From: a virus
Lineage: Duplodnaviria; Caudoviricetes
Virus record (IMG/VR): IMGVR_UViG_3300048026_000121
Span: 1-57,466 of that record
Strand: one strand, 5' to 3'
Length of the DNA: 57,466 bases
Shown here: positions 15,043 through 24,110 of the stretch, piece after piece
How positions within the stretch are numbered: position 1 is the first letter of the stretch
How the letters are laid out: each line of letters starts with the position of its first letter
Notes under the pieces: generated by a model
What the model was told of the DNA's origin: nothing
The model's database searches: none
Seen by the model: the letters and a program-made list of their open reading frames with translations, nothing else
Position numbers and translations under genes: made by a program

Positions 15043-16567
15043 TGATGCCTTTGCTTACAATGTAGTGTCTAAGTTAGGTAAGTGTCACTCATGTAATAGG
15101 GCTTACCCTGGTAAGGATAAAAAGTTTTCCTGGGCAGAAGGAACCTACCCTCCACCTCCACCGAAGGTAGACCTACGTAACACCAAGATTATTTCTGGTA
15201 GGTTCAATGACATTCGTGGGTTGGATGAAGACGTAGCCAAACTATACAACATCCAACTGCAGTATGGTGAGAACAACACACCAGTACGTTACGCATTCAA
15301 GTATCCTAACAACGTAAAGTATCGTGGCTTTGCAGAGAAGAAGTTCTGGACTAAAGAACGTGGGGCACCCACTGATCTGTTTGGCCCTGACTTCAATGCA
15401 GGATCAAGCAAACGTATATACATCACAGAGGGTGAGTTCGATGCAGCCAGTCTCTATCAGGTACTAGGCAAGTCCTACCCTGTTAAGTCACTGCCAAGTG
15501 CCAGCCTGTCAGAGAAGTTTATTAAAGATAACTTTGATTACTTGAACGCATTTGAGATGGTAGTCTACGCAGGTGAACTGGACGCAGCAGGTAAGGGTGC
15601 AGCACAGAAACTGTACAGCATGATGCCTGACAAGTTCTACTACGTGCCTATGTCTAAGTGGAAAGATGCCAACGAGTTCCTGACGGAAGGGGATGGTGAT
15701 GACCTGAAGTGGGCAGCACTGAAACCTCAACGTTACAGCCCAGACAATTTCTTTGTAGGTGATCTTGAGGTTGAGAAAGCAATCACAACTGAGAACCCCT
15801 ACGAGTATGTACCCACAGGACACACTGGCCTAGACGATAAACTACGTGGCCTAGTTAAGGGTGGCCTGACATTCATCAAGGCACTACGTGGACAAGGTAA
15901 GACTGAGCTAGTCAGATACTTTGAGGTTGCACTACTTAAGCAACAGACACGAGTGGCTCTACTCCACATGGAAGAGATGAAGTCCACCACCTATCGTGCT
16001 ATGGCAACCTACGAACTGGGTTGGAATGTACGTACCAAAGAGGATGCCATTGCCACAGGGTTTACTGAAGAGCAGGTCATTGCTGCAGCGCAGAAGATGG
16101 CAGGTGGTGAAAGCACTATCATCTTTGAGATGCAATCCCATGATGATCCTATGCAGTTGTTGGAGTATGTACGCCTAGCATCTACAGTCTATGGTGCTGA
16201 GTACATCTTCATTGATCACGTCCAACGTCTGGCCTACCTATCAAACTCTGGGGTGGATGCAGCCACCAGTACACTGACCACACTAGGTTCTCGTATGGCA
16301 CAGCTTGCTAAGGAGTTGAACATTGGTGTAGTCTTTATCTCCCAGGTGAATGAGGATGGACGTACAAAGTATGCAGCATCTCTTGAGGAAGAAGCTATCA
16401 TCTGTATCAAACTACAACGTGATACTGAATCTGATGATGAGATAGTTCGTAACACTACACAGTTCATCGTTGACAAGAATAGACCCTTCGCTAAGTTAGG
16501 AAACGCAGGGTCAGTATACTACGATCCTGAGACTACGATACTGGAGGAGGCAGTGTTTCAGGGATGA
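14972..16567 (+). CDS. T7 gp4-like DNA primase-helicase
   Basis: Zn finger CPYEDC...CHSC, TOPRIM ITEGEFDA, KDANEFL, Walker A ALRGQGKT, IFIDH and KNR. Confidence 0.93.
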   Translation: MTAAVNSSNEITHQPCPYEDCASSDAFAYNVVSKLGKCHSCNRAYPGKDKKFSWAEGTYPPPPPKVDLRNTKIISGRFNDIRGLDEDVAKLYNIQLQYGENNTPVRYAFKYPNNVKYRGFAEKKFWTKERGAPTDLFGPDFNAGSSKRIYITEGEFDAASLYQVLGKSYPVKSLPSASLSEKFIKDNFDYLNAFEMVVYAGELDAAGKGAAQKLYSMMPDKFYYVPMSKWKDANEFLTEGDGDDLKWAALKPQRYSPDNFFVGDLEVEKAITTENPYEYVPTGHTGLDDKLRGLVKGGLTFIKALRGQGKTELVRYFEVALLKQQTRVALLHMEEMKSTTYRAMATYELGWNVRTKEDAIATGFTEEQVIAAAQKMAGGESTIIFEMQSHDDPMQLLEYVRLASTVYGAEYIFIDHVQRLAYLSNSGVDAATSTLTTLGSRMAQLAKELNIGVVFISQVNEDGRTKYAASLEEEAIICIKLQRDTESDDEIVRNTTQFIVDKNRPFAKLGNAGSVYYDPETTILEEAVFQG

Positions 16568-18525
16568 AGATCGTCATCAGTGACATAGAAACTAATGGGC
16601 TAGAGGACAGCACCAAGCTGTGGCTTTGTGGTGGTAAGGATCTTACTACTGGTGAAGTACATAAGTTTGAGAACTGCCACGAAGATCCAGTAGCTAAGGC
16701 AGCAGCCATTGCATGGTATGAATCAGCAGACCTAATTGTTGGTCACAACTTCATACAGTTTGATGCACCTATGCTGAACAAACTACTGAAGCCTCGACTC
16801 ATAGACCCACAGAAAGTCATAGACACATTGGTGATCAGTCGCCTTGTTGACTACGACATTGACACACCCAAGGGTGCTAAGTTTCCTCACAGCCTACAGG
16901 CTTGGGGTATACGATTGAACAAACACAAAGGAGACTTTCATGAGTTTGATAAGTTCAGTGATGAAATGGTTGAATACTGGTATGGAGACATCGAGGTTAC
17001 TCATGATCTTTACAAACATTTCTCTTCTATTATTTGGGATAATGATTGGAAACTTTCTCTAAGGACTGAGCACAACGTACAGATAGAACTGGTACGTACA
17101 CAGTACTATGGTTTCTACTTCGACAAGAACAAGGCAGAGTTCCTACTCAATTCAGTACAGCAAAAGATGAAGACACTGGAAGAACAATTCCAAGTAGACT
17201 TCCCACCTAAGTTGACTGAGATCAATCGCATCAAGTATCGCCTGAAGAAAGATGGTGAAGAGATGGCGACAGTAAAGAATGCCAAGTCCAAGTACGCCAT
17301 GACAACACGAGAAGGTGAAGACTTAGTTTGCTTTGACTGGATTGATTTCAAACCTGGCTCACCCAAGGATCGCATTGATGCCTTATGGAATGCAGGTTGG
17401 AACCCAGTGGACAGAACAAAGACAGCTATCAACTTTGCACGTAAGCAGGTTGGTGATCCCTATGGTAAGTCAGTCGAGGCTATGGATCAGGAGTTCTATG
17501 ATCAGAAGAAAGAACACCTAGACAGATATGGTTTCACTGTGTCTGAGGATAACCTTAGCACACTGCCTGAGGATGCCCCTGCAGGAGCCAAAGCTCTGGC
17601 CCAGTGGCTGACACTAGAAGGTAGGCGTTCCTCACTGGTGGAGTGGATTAACCAAGTCAAAGACGACAACAGAATACATGGTAGGATACAGAGCATTGGT
17701 GCATGGACTGGACGCTGTGCACACAAAGATCCTAACACTGCTAACATCTCTTCTCCTTTTCATGGGGATGCAAAGACAGCAGTCGAGGAAGTAAAGAAGC
17801 AGTATGACGTACACCTACGTGCTTGCTGGACTGTACCCTCAGGCTCTTGGCTAGTAGGCACAGACGCAGATGGGATTCAGCTACGTGTATTGGCTGACTA
17901 CCTTTGGCGTATGTTTGGTGAAGACCAGTATGCCCAAGCCATCATGCTTGGTAAGAAGGAAGACGAGACAGACATCCACAACGTGAACAAGAATGCTCTT
18001 GATGTTCCCAATGGTACACGAGACATGGCAAAGACATTCATCTATGCTTGGCTGCTAGGTGCAGGTGTAGCAAAGACTGCACAGATACTGAAGGTCAACA
18101 AGAAGGAAGCACAGGATGCACGTACTCGTTTCGAGATGAGCATTGGTGGTCTCTACGATCTGAAGAACAGATACATCAAACAGGTTGGAGAGAATGGTTG
18201 GTTCAAAGGATATGATGGACGTAGGGTCAAGGTGCCTAGCACACACAAGGCACTAGCAGGTATACTACAGAATGGCGAGGCTTGCCTGATGAAACACACC
18301 CTCCTACGTTGGCATGACGTAGCACGTAAGGAAGGGATCAAGTTCAAGATGGTTGGCTTTATTCATGACGAATACCAAGTCGAGGTTATAGGCACAGAAG
18401 AAGAAGCAAAACGTCTTGGTCAGATACAGGCAGACGCTATGCTTGCCACTGGTCAAGAACTAGGATTCAAGATACCTACACCAGGATCATATGACGTAGG
18501 AAAAAATTGGGCAGAGACCCATTGA
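16564..18525 (+). CDS. Family A DNA polymerase with 3'-5' exonuclease (T7 gp5-like)
   Basis: ExoI SDIET, ExoII GHNFIQFD, ExoIII YWYGD; motif A DADGIQLR, motif B RDMAKTFIYAWLLG, motif C IHDE. Confidence 0.96.
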   Translation: MKIVISDIETNGLEDSTKLWLCGGKDLTTGEVHKFENCHEDPVAKAAAIAWYESADLIVGHNFIQFDAPMLNKLLKPRLIDPQKVIDTLVISRLVDYDIDTPKGAKFPHSLQAWGIRLNKHKGDFHEFDKFSDEMVEYWYGDIEVTHDLYKHFSSIIWDNDWKLSLRTEHNVQIELVRTQYYGFYFDKNKAEFLLNSVQQKMKTLEEQFQVDFPPKLTEINRIKYRLKKDGEEMATVKNAKSKYAMTTREGEDLVCFDWIDFKPGSPKDRIDALWNAGWNPVDRTKTAINFARKQVGDPYGKSVEAMDQEFYDQKKEHLDRYGFTVSEDNLSTLPEDAPAGAKALAQWLTLEGRRSSLVEWINQVKDDNRIHGRIQSIGAWTGRCAHKDPNTANISSPFHGDAKTAVEEVKKQYDVHLRACWTVPSGSWLVGTDADGIQLRVLADYLWRMFGEDQYAQAIMLGKKEDETDIHNVNKNALDVPNGTRDMAKTFIYAWLLGAGVAKTAQILKVNKKEAQDARTRFEMSIGGLYDLKNRYIKQVGENGWFKGYDGRRVKVPSTHKALAGILQNGEACLMKHTLLRWHDVARKEGIKFKMVGFIHDEYQVEVIGTEEEAKRLGQIQADAMLATGQELGFKIPTPGSYDVGKNWAETH

Positions 18526-18575
18526 CATCCTAGCAGGGTAGTATTACATAACAGATATCAAAAAAGGAGGGCGAC

Positions 18576-19100
18576 ATGCCAGCTACACAAATCGACATCA
18601 AAGGCAAACTAGACTGGGCAAAAGTATTTGAGTCCAATCGTGATCGTGCCGAATGGAATAAAGAAACTGATGGTGAGTATAAGGTTACTGTCACCACAGA
18701 TAAAGATACTGCACAGGCTTTGAAGAAAGCAGGGTGCATGAAAAAGATTGAGGAAGTTACTGATGGCTACAAAGTCACAGTGTCACGTCCTCATACAGGC
18801 GCACAGGACTGGATGGGTGGCGCACCTATCGTTGCTGACGTAACTGGTAAGGCTTGGAACCTACAGGAACAAGGTCTTATTGGTAATGGCAGTGAAGGTA
18901 TCGTGAAGGTAGAAGTTTATCCTACACGTACTGGACGTACAGGTACACGCTTACTAGGTGTCCAAGTCCTTGAGCATGTGGTCTATGAATCAGAAGGTGG
19001 TCCCTCCCAACCACGATCAATGTTCACAGACCATTCGAGTTCTTCTGGATCTTCGTCTTCCACCTCCCAAAAAGAACCAGAGGACTCAATCCCCTTCTAG
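18576..19100 (+). CDS. Single-stranded DNA-binding protein (T7 gp2.5-like)
   Basis: WAKVF, LIGNGS and LLGVQVL patterns; flexible tail ending EDSIPF; GGAGG RBS; upstream TTGACA at 18522. Confidence 0.75.
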   Translation: MPATQIDIKGKLDWAKVFESNRDRAEWNKETDGEYKVTVTTDKDTAQALKKAGCMKKIEEVTDGYKVTVSRPHTGAQDWMGGAPIVADVTGKAWNLQEQGLIGNGSEGIVKVEVYPTRTGRTGTRLLGVQVLEHVVYESEGGPSQPRSMFTDHSSSSGSSSSTSQKEPEDSIPF

Positions 19101-19130
19101 GTTTCCCTGTTTCCTTTCCCTAGAAGCTCT

Positions 19131-19152
19131 CCCTCACCCTTCGGGGTGGGGG
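19131..19152 (+). terminator. cUUCGg hairpin after ssb (no U-tract; terminator or stabilising stem)
   Basis: CCCTCACCC-TTCG-GGGTGGGGG. Confidence 0.55.
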
Positions 19153-19173
19153 TACAAACAAAAAGGATAAGAC

Positions 19174-20043
19174 ATGCCAAGCATCAACACACTCGTCAAA
19201 GATATGGAAGACACAATACTTGGTCTCAAAGGTTGGGATCATTTGATCAGCCTTAAGATGGGTGATCGTGTTGGCAAAGCAGCTACCTCAAGATTCAGAG
19301 CACCACAGAAACCAAGAGGTTATCTGTCTTTCTCTTCTATTGGTAGTCCATGCAAAAGAAAACTATGGTATAAGATCAACGAGACTGCTACAGCAAAGCC
19401 TCTTGCTCCATCGGATTTGCTGAAGTTCTTTTATGGTGACATGATCGAAGAGTTAGTCTTGGCTATTGTCGAGGCGTCTGGTCACACTGTAACTGGGACG
19501 CAGGATCGTATGCGTATCAATGACCTGGCTGGACACAGAGATGCAGTCATTGATGGCATGACAGTGGATGTAAAGTCAGCATCGCCATACTCATTTAAGA
19601 AGTTTGCTGAAGGTAACCTCAGAGAGGATGACCCCTTTGGGTACATCAGTCAGCTTAGTTCTTATGTGTACGCAGCCAAGGACGATCCACTGGTAACAAA
19701 CAAAACTCATGGGGCTTTCCTTGTAGTAGATAAAGTGAACGGTTCAATCTGTCTTGATGTCTATGACTTCACTCCTGAGTTGGAGCAGAAAGAAAAAGAG
19801 ATAGAGCAGGTCAAGTCTATGGTAGCAGGTGGCATACCTGACAGAGGCTTCGATCCTGTCCCTCAATCTAAGACTAGCCCTAACACAAAGCTGCATCCAT
19901 CGTGTGGCTTCTGTGAGTTCAACAAGAAGTGCTGGCCTGAAGCCAGAAGGTTTGTCTACAAGACAGGTGATGTCCTACTGGTAGATGTGGTGAAAGCACC
20001 CAACGTCCCAGAGGATTTTACTTACAATGAGCAGGAAGTTTAG
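19174..20043 (+). CDS. Cas4-like PD-(D/E)XK exonuclease
   Basis: N-terminal C (PCKRKLWY), GHRD, VDVKS, QLSSY and C-terminal CGFCEFNKKC, giving four putative Fe-S ligands. Confidence 0.88.
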   Translation: MPSINTLVKDMEDTILGLKGWDHLISLKMGDRVGKAATSRFRAPQKPRGYLSFSSIGSPCKRKLWYKINETATAKPLAPSDLLKFFYGDMIEELVLAIVEASGHTVTGTQDRMRINDLAGHRDAVIDGMTVDVKSASPYSFKKFAEGNLREDDPFGYISQLSSYVYAAKDDPLVTNKTHGAFLVVDKVNGSICLDVYDFTPELEQKEKEIEQVKSMVAGGIPDRGFDPVPQSKTSPNTKLHPSCGFCEFNKKCWPEARRFVYKTGDVLLVDVVKAPNVPEDFTYNEQEV

Positions 20044-20419
20044 AGCAGCAGCACTCAAGGCAGGTTATCGTTCAGGCTTTGAAGATGATGTAGCAAAAGA
20101 GCTACGATCCAAAGGAATTAAGTTCACCTACGAGAAAGAAAAGATCAAGTGGGTTGACTTAAAAGTAAGAACGTATACACCTGACTTCGTTTTATCTAAT
20201 GGTATCATCATAGAAACCAAGGGACGATTTGTCTCAACAGATAGACGCAAGCATCGTGAAATCCAGAAGCAGTTTCCTGATCTGGATATTCGTTTTGTAT
20301 TTCAAAATAGTAGAGCAAAATTATATAAAGGTGCCAAGTCATCCTATGGTGACTGGTGCAAGAAGTACGGTTTTAAGTACGCAGATAAATCAATTCCTGA
20401 TGATTGGTTGAAAGAATAG
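20027..20419 (+). CDS. T7 endonuclease I-like Holliday junction resolvase
   Basis: YRSGFE, YTPDF, IIIETKGRF and DRRKH motifs. Confidence 0.93.
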   Translation: MSRKFRAAALKAGYRSGFEDDVAKELRSKGIKFTYEKEKIKWVDLKVRTYTPDFVLSNGIIIETKGRFVSTDRRKHREIQKQFPDLDIRFVFQNSRAKLYKGAKSSYGDWCKKYGFKYADKSIPDDWLKE

Positions 20420-20420
20420 A

Positions 20421-20450
20421 TTGACGTAATTAGTTTAGGCTATATAACTT
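20421..20450 (+). promoter_or_regulatory. Putative promoter
   Basis: TTGACG-N16-TATAAC(TT). Confidence 0.55.
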
Positions 20451-20460
20451 GGAGGTTCCT

Positions 20461-20616
20461 GTGTTGTTTGAAGTAACAATGCTGATAGAGTTAGACCCTG
20501 AGGCAAACTTTATTGCTTCAGATAGTATTAGTAGAAGTCTTGAAGAAATTCTTCAGGACACCATATATGATATTGATGACATTGAAGTTGTCGAGATAGA
20601 GGTGAAAGACAAATGA
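20461..20616 (+). CDS. Small acidic protein, 51 aa, absent from the ORF track
   Basis: GGAGG RBS and GTG start; MLFEVTMLIELDPEANFIASDSISRSLEEILQDTIYDIDDIEVVEIEVKDK; ATGA overlap with mazG. Confidence 0.7.
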   Translation: MLFEVTMLIELDPEANFIASDSISRSLEEILQDTIYDIDDIEVVEIEVKDK

Positions 20617-20990
20617 TAAGTGGAGATGACTTAGACGAGTTTGGTTACTTTGAAAACTTTGATAGTGACGAAGTAGACTGGGCAGATCTTTACTCAGCCT
20701 GGGTAGAGAAGAAGATTATGACTGAAGGTCAGGCAAGACTAGTAGAGAATACACTTGGTCTTGTGGGAGAAGCAGGAGAGGTAGCAGAAAAGATCAAGAA
20801 ACTTATTCGTGATAGCTCTCGTTTCCAGAATGAAGAGATCATGAAAGAGCTAGGGGATGTAGTGTTCTATGCTACAGCACTAGCCAACATCTATGGTAAG
20901 GGATTGCAAGAAGTACTAGAACTAAACATTGCCAAGCTAGATGACAGACAAAGACGTGGAAAACTAAAAGGATCAGGAGACAACAGATGA
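20613..20990 (+). CDS. MazG-like nucleotide pyrophosphohydrolase
   Basis: GLVGEAGEVAEKIKK...KELGDVVFY...NIAKL...GSGDNR. Confidence 0.9.
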   Translation: MISGDDLDEFGYFENFDSDEVDWADLYSAWVEKKIMTEGQARLVENTLGLVGEAGEVAEKIKKLIRDSSRFQNEEIMKELGDVVFYATALANIYGKGLQEVLELNIAKLDDRQRRGKLKGSGDNR

Positions 20991-22744
20991 GCATCCCAAA
21001 CACAGAACCAGAGTACGGCCCAACAATCAGCATCTCAGAAGAGATTCATGCTATGAAGTATCGTAGTAAAGGTGAGACTTTCAAAGAGGCTATGACTCGT
21101 GTTGCTGAAGCACTGAAGGATGATGAGGGTCACTTCAATAACTTTCGTAACATTCTGTACAACCAACGTTTCCTACCAGCAGGACGTGTCCAGTCTGCTA
21201 TGGGTGCACCAAGACGTGTGACACCATACAACTGCTTCGTGTCTATGACTATTGAGGATAGCATGGATGGTATCATGGAGGCTGCAAGACGTGCAGCAGA
21301 GACCATGCGTCTAGGTGGTGGCATTGGCTATGACTTTAGTACACTTCGTCCTCGTGGCACAATGATCAAGTCACTAGACAGTAAGTCATCTGGCCCTCTA
21401 TCTTTCATGGGTATCTTTGATGCTGTCTGTCGTACCATTGCATCAGCAGGACACAGACGTGGGGCACAGATGGGTGTACTACGTGTTGATCATCCTGACA
21501 TTGAAGAGTTCATCACAGCTAAGAACAACTCTGACACACTAACACAGTTCAACATCTCTGTAGGTGTGACTGATGAGTTCATGACAGCAGTGAAAGAAGA
21601 CAAAGACTTTGATCTTAAGTTTGAAGGGCGTGTCTACAAAACAGTAAGTGCTACTGCATTATGGGATCAGATCCTACGTTCTACATGGGACTGGGCAGAA
21701 CCTGGTATCCTCTTCATTGATCGTATCAATAAGAAGAATAACCTGTGGTACGCAGAGAAGATTGCTGCAACCAACCCATGTGGTGAGCAACCACTGCCAC
21801 CCAATGGTGCATGTCTACTTGGTTCATTCAACTTGACTAAGTATGTAGTTGAACATGAAGGTAAGTACGTATTCAACATGAACCAATTACGTAACGACAT
21901 CCCACATGTTGTTCGTGCTATGGATAATGTGGTTGATCGTGCAACGTATCCACTGAAAGAACAGGAGCAAGAAGCCAAGAGTAAAAGACGTATGGGCCTT
22001 GGTGTTACTGGGGTAGCAAATGCTATCGAAGCACTGGGGTTTGAGTATGGCAGTGAGAGATTCCTGCAGACCCTCGAAGAAATCATGGGGGTGATTAGGG
22101 ATGTTGCATACAAAACATCTGTTGAGTTGGCTATGGAGAAAGGTCCATTTCCTCTCTTTACTCAGGCTTATCTGGAGAGTGACTTTGCTAAGTCTCTTCC
22201 TGATGATATCCGTAATCTCATTAGTGAGTGTGGTATCCGTAACAGTCATCTTCTTTCGGTTGCTCCAACAGGAACTATCAGCTTGTCAGCCGACAACGTA
22301 TCCTCTGGAATCGAGCCTGTCTTCTCACATTACTACGACAGAACTATCCAAACCTTCGATGGACCCAAGGTTGAACGAGTAGAAGACTACGGCTATCGTG
22401 TCTTTGGTGTGAAGGGTAAGACTGCAGACGAACTGTCTGTGTTTGATCACGTCAAAGTGTTGAACGTTGCTTCTCGTTTTGTTGACTCAGCTTGCTCCAA
22501 GACCTGTAACACAGGCGAGGAAGTAACCTGGGAAGAGTTCAAGCAGGTGTACATGGATGCCTACGATGGTGGTGCCTCTGGTTGTACAACCTTTAGGGCA
22601 GCAGGTAAACGTTATGGTATCCTGAATGCTTCTACCTCTGAGGATGTAGTTGAAGAGCCAGAAGTAGAAGAGACACAGGACTACGTGGATGAAGGTGGTG
22701 CTTGCTACTTTGATCCAGCAACTGGTCTACGTCAGTGTGAATAG
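20987..22744 (+). CDS. nrdJ: Class II (adenosylcobalamin-dependent) ribonucleotide reductase
   Basis: YNCFV, TNPCGEQPL, APTGTIS and C-terminal Cys pair; no beta subunit or activase gene in the genome. Confidence 0.9.
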   Translation: MSIPNTEPEYGPTISISEEIHAMKYRSKGETFKEAMTRVAEALKDDEGHFNNFRNILYNQRFLPAGRVQSAMGAPRRVTPYNCFVSMTIEDSMDGIMEAARRAAETMRLGGGIGYDFSTLRPRGTMIKSLDSKSSGPLSFMGIFDAVCRTIASAGHRRGAQMGVLRVDHPDIEEFITAKNNSDTLTQFNISVGVTDEFMTAVKEDKDFDLKFEGRVYKTVSATALWDQILRSTWDWAEPGILFIDRINKKNNLWYAEKIAATNPCGEQPLPPNGACLLGSFNLTKYVVEHEGKYVFNMNQLRNDIPHVVRAMDNVVDRATYPLKEQEQEAKSKRRMGLGVTGVANAIEALGFEYGSERFLQTLEEIMGVIRDVAYKTSVELAMEKGPFPLFTQAYLESDFAKSLPDDIRNLISECGIRNSHLLSVAPTGTISLSADNVSSGIEPVFSHYYDRTIQTFDGPKVERVEDYGYRVFGVKGKTADELSVFDHVKVLNVASRFVDSACSKTCNTGEEVTWEEFKQVYMDAYDGGASGCTTFRAAGKRYGILNASTSEDVVEEPEVEETQDYVDEGGACYFDPATGLRQCE

Positions 22745-22925
22745 ACAACGTAGAAAGAAACTGGGCACTGTCCCTTCACCCTGCATAAAGGTCTGTCGTA
22801 TTGAAGATGGCTTTTGTGTGGGGTGTAAAAGAACACTTGACGAAATACGTGACTGGATGATACTGTCCGATTACGAGCAGAAGAAACTGCTTCACGAACT
22901 AATGTGGAGGAAAGACAATGGCTAA
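22737..22925 (+). CDS. DUF1289-family small Cys-rich protein
   Basis: SPCIKVC...FCVGCKRTLDEIRDW signature; start uncertain. Confidence 0.85.
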   Translation: MNRQRRKKLGTVPSPCIKVCRIEDGFCVGCKRTLDEIRDWMILSDYEQKKLLHELMWRKDNG

Positions 22926-23073
22926 GGTTCAGATCGTTGGTGCATCAGCTAACTCTCACCAAGCCCTAAAGAAAAAGACTTCTCAGTCTAAGAGAATAGG
23001 TTCTATTAAGTATGGTTCCATGAACAAACATAAACGTAGGGCCACTAAACCATATAGGGGTCAAGGCAAATGA
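22918..23073 (+). CDS. Small basic protein, 51 aa, absent from the ORF track
   Basis: GGAGG RBS; MAKVQIVGASANSHQALKKKTSQSKRIGSIKYGSMNKHKRRATKPYRGQGK. Confidence 0.75.
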   Translation: MAKVQIVGASANSHQALKKKTSQSKRIGSIKYGSMNKHKRRATKPYRGQGK

Positions 23074-23558
23074 AAGTTCATGTACGTAAGTTTAGAAAAG
23101 ATGTTTATGATGAAGTTAATGAACCATCTAAACAAGCTTTGATCAAACTACTTGAGAGGGATGGACATACGGTTCTATCTGATAAAGAAGATTACAACGC
23201 TGATGTAGTTACCACTAAGGACGGTCAGACGTACTACCATGAGGTTGAGCGTAAAGCACAGTGGGGTAAGGACTGGTTAAGTAAAAGAAACTATAATCTC
23301 ACTCCTGAGAGTGGTTGGCCCACAGCATGGGAAGAACTAAGGATTCCTGGTAGAAAGAGAAGACTTGTACAGAAGTACAAAGACAACATAGATAATCTTT
23401 TCTTCTATGTTTTTAATTGTGAGTACGACAAGGCATGGAAAGTTAAAGGCAGTCAGATGACTGACGACTGCATTCGTAGACCAGACTTTGCTAGAGTCCA
23501 CAAAGATGAAACATTCTACCACATCCCTTACACTGAAGCGGAGTTAGTTACTCTATGA
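23070..23558 (+). CDS. Hypothetical protein, possible PD-(D/E)XK nuclease
   Basis: YNADVV...HEVERK catalytic-like motif. Confidence 0.6.
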   Translation: MKVHVRKFRKDVYDEVNEPSKQALIKLLERDGHTVLSDKEDYNADVVTTKDGQTYYHEVERKAQWGKDWLSKRNYNLTPESGWPTAWEELRIPGRKRRLVQKYKDNIDNLFFYVFNCEYDKAWKVKGSQMTDDCIRRPDFARVHKDETFYHIPYTEAELVTL

Positions 23559-23830
23559 CGTACTGCCCTGACTGTGATAACTTACTAGATGATAATGGTG
23601 TGTGTGCAGAGTGTGAAGATATGTTTGATCCAGTACAGAGACCAAGCCACTACGGTCAAGGTGAGATAGAATGTATTGACTACATCAAAGACTTCCTGAC
23701 CAGAGAAGAATACATTGGTTACCTCAGAGGTAACATTGCAAAGTACATGCACAGATGGCGTTACAAGAATGGTGCCCAAGATCTGGAGAAGGCTGAGTGG
23801 TATCTCAAACAACTAATAGAGGTAGCATGA
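23555..23830 (+). CDS. DUF3310 / T7 gp1.7-like nucleotide kinase with N-terminal Zn finger
   Basis: PSHY..GEIECIDYI...GNIAKY..RW..KNG..DLEKA.WYL; CPDC/CAEC. Confidence 0.88.
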   Translation: MTYCPDCDNLLDDNGVCAECEDMFDPVQRPSHYGQGEIECIDYIKDFLTREEYIGYLRGNIAKYMHRWRYKNGAQDLEKAEWYLKQLIEVA

Positions 23831-24075
23831 CAGAACAAAAGAGACCAAGAGGTAGACCACCAAAAAAGAAAACCCTTGAGCAAGAAGCCCAAGAGTTCAT
23901 TAAATCAGAGATTCCTAGTGGTGAAATACCTGCTAGGGATTACTTCGCAGGAGCAGCCTTGTCAGGGTTACTTGCCTCTGGGAAGTATATGCGATCAGAC
24001 GAGATCGTTAGTCAAGCATTCTGTTATTCCTGTCTGATGCTTGATCATAAAAAACAAAAAGATAAATCGTCTTAA
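23827..24075 (+). CDS. Hypothetical protein with AT-hook
   Basis: RPRGRPPK AT-hook and RDYFAGAALSGLLA motif. Confidence 0.7.
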   Translation: MTEQKRPRGRPPKKKTLEQEAQEFIKSEIPSGEIPARDYFAGAALSGLLASGKYMRSDEIVSQAFCYSCLMLDHKKQKDKSS

Positions 24076-24078
24076 ACT

Positions 24079-24110
24079 AAACCCCCAGTTAATCCCTGGG
24101 GGTTTTCTTT
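24079..24110. terminator. Bidirectional intrinsic terminator between the arms
   Basis: AAACCCCCAG-ttaatcc-CTGGGGGTTT followed by a T-rich tail, between convergent stops at 24075 and 24110. Confidence 0.9.
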
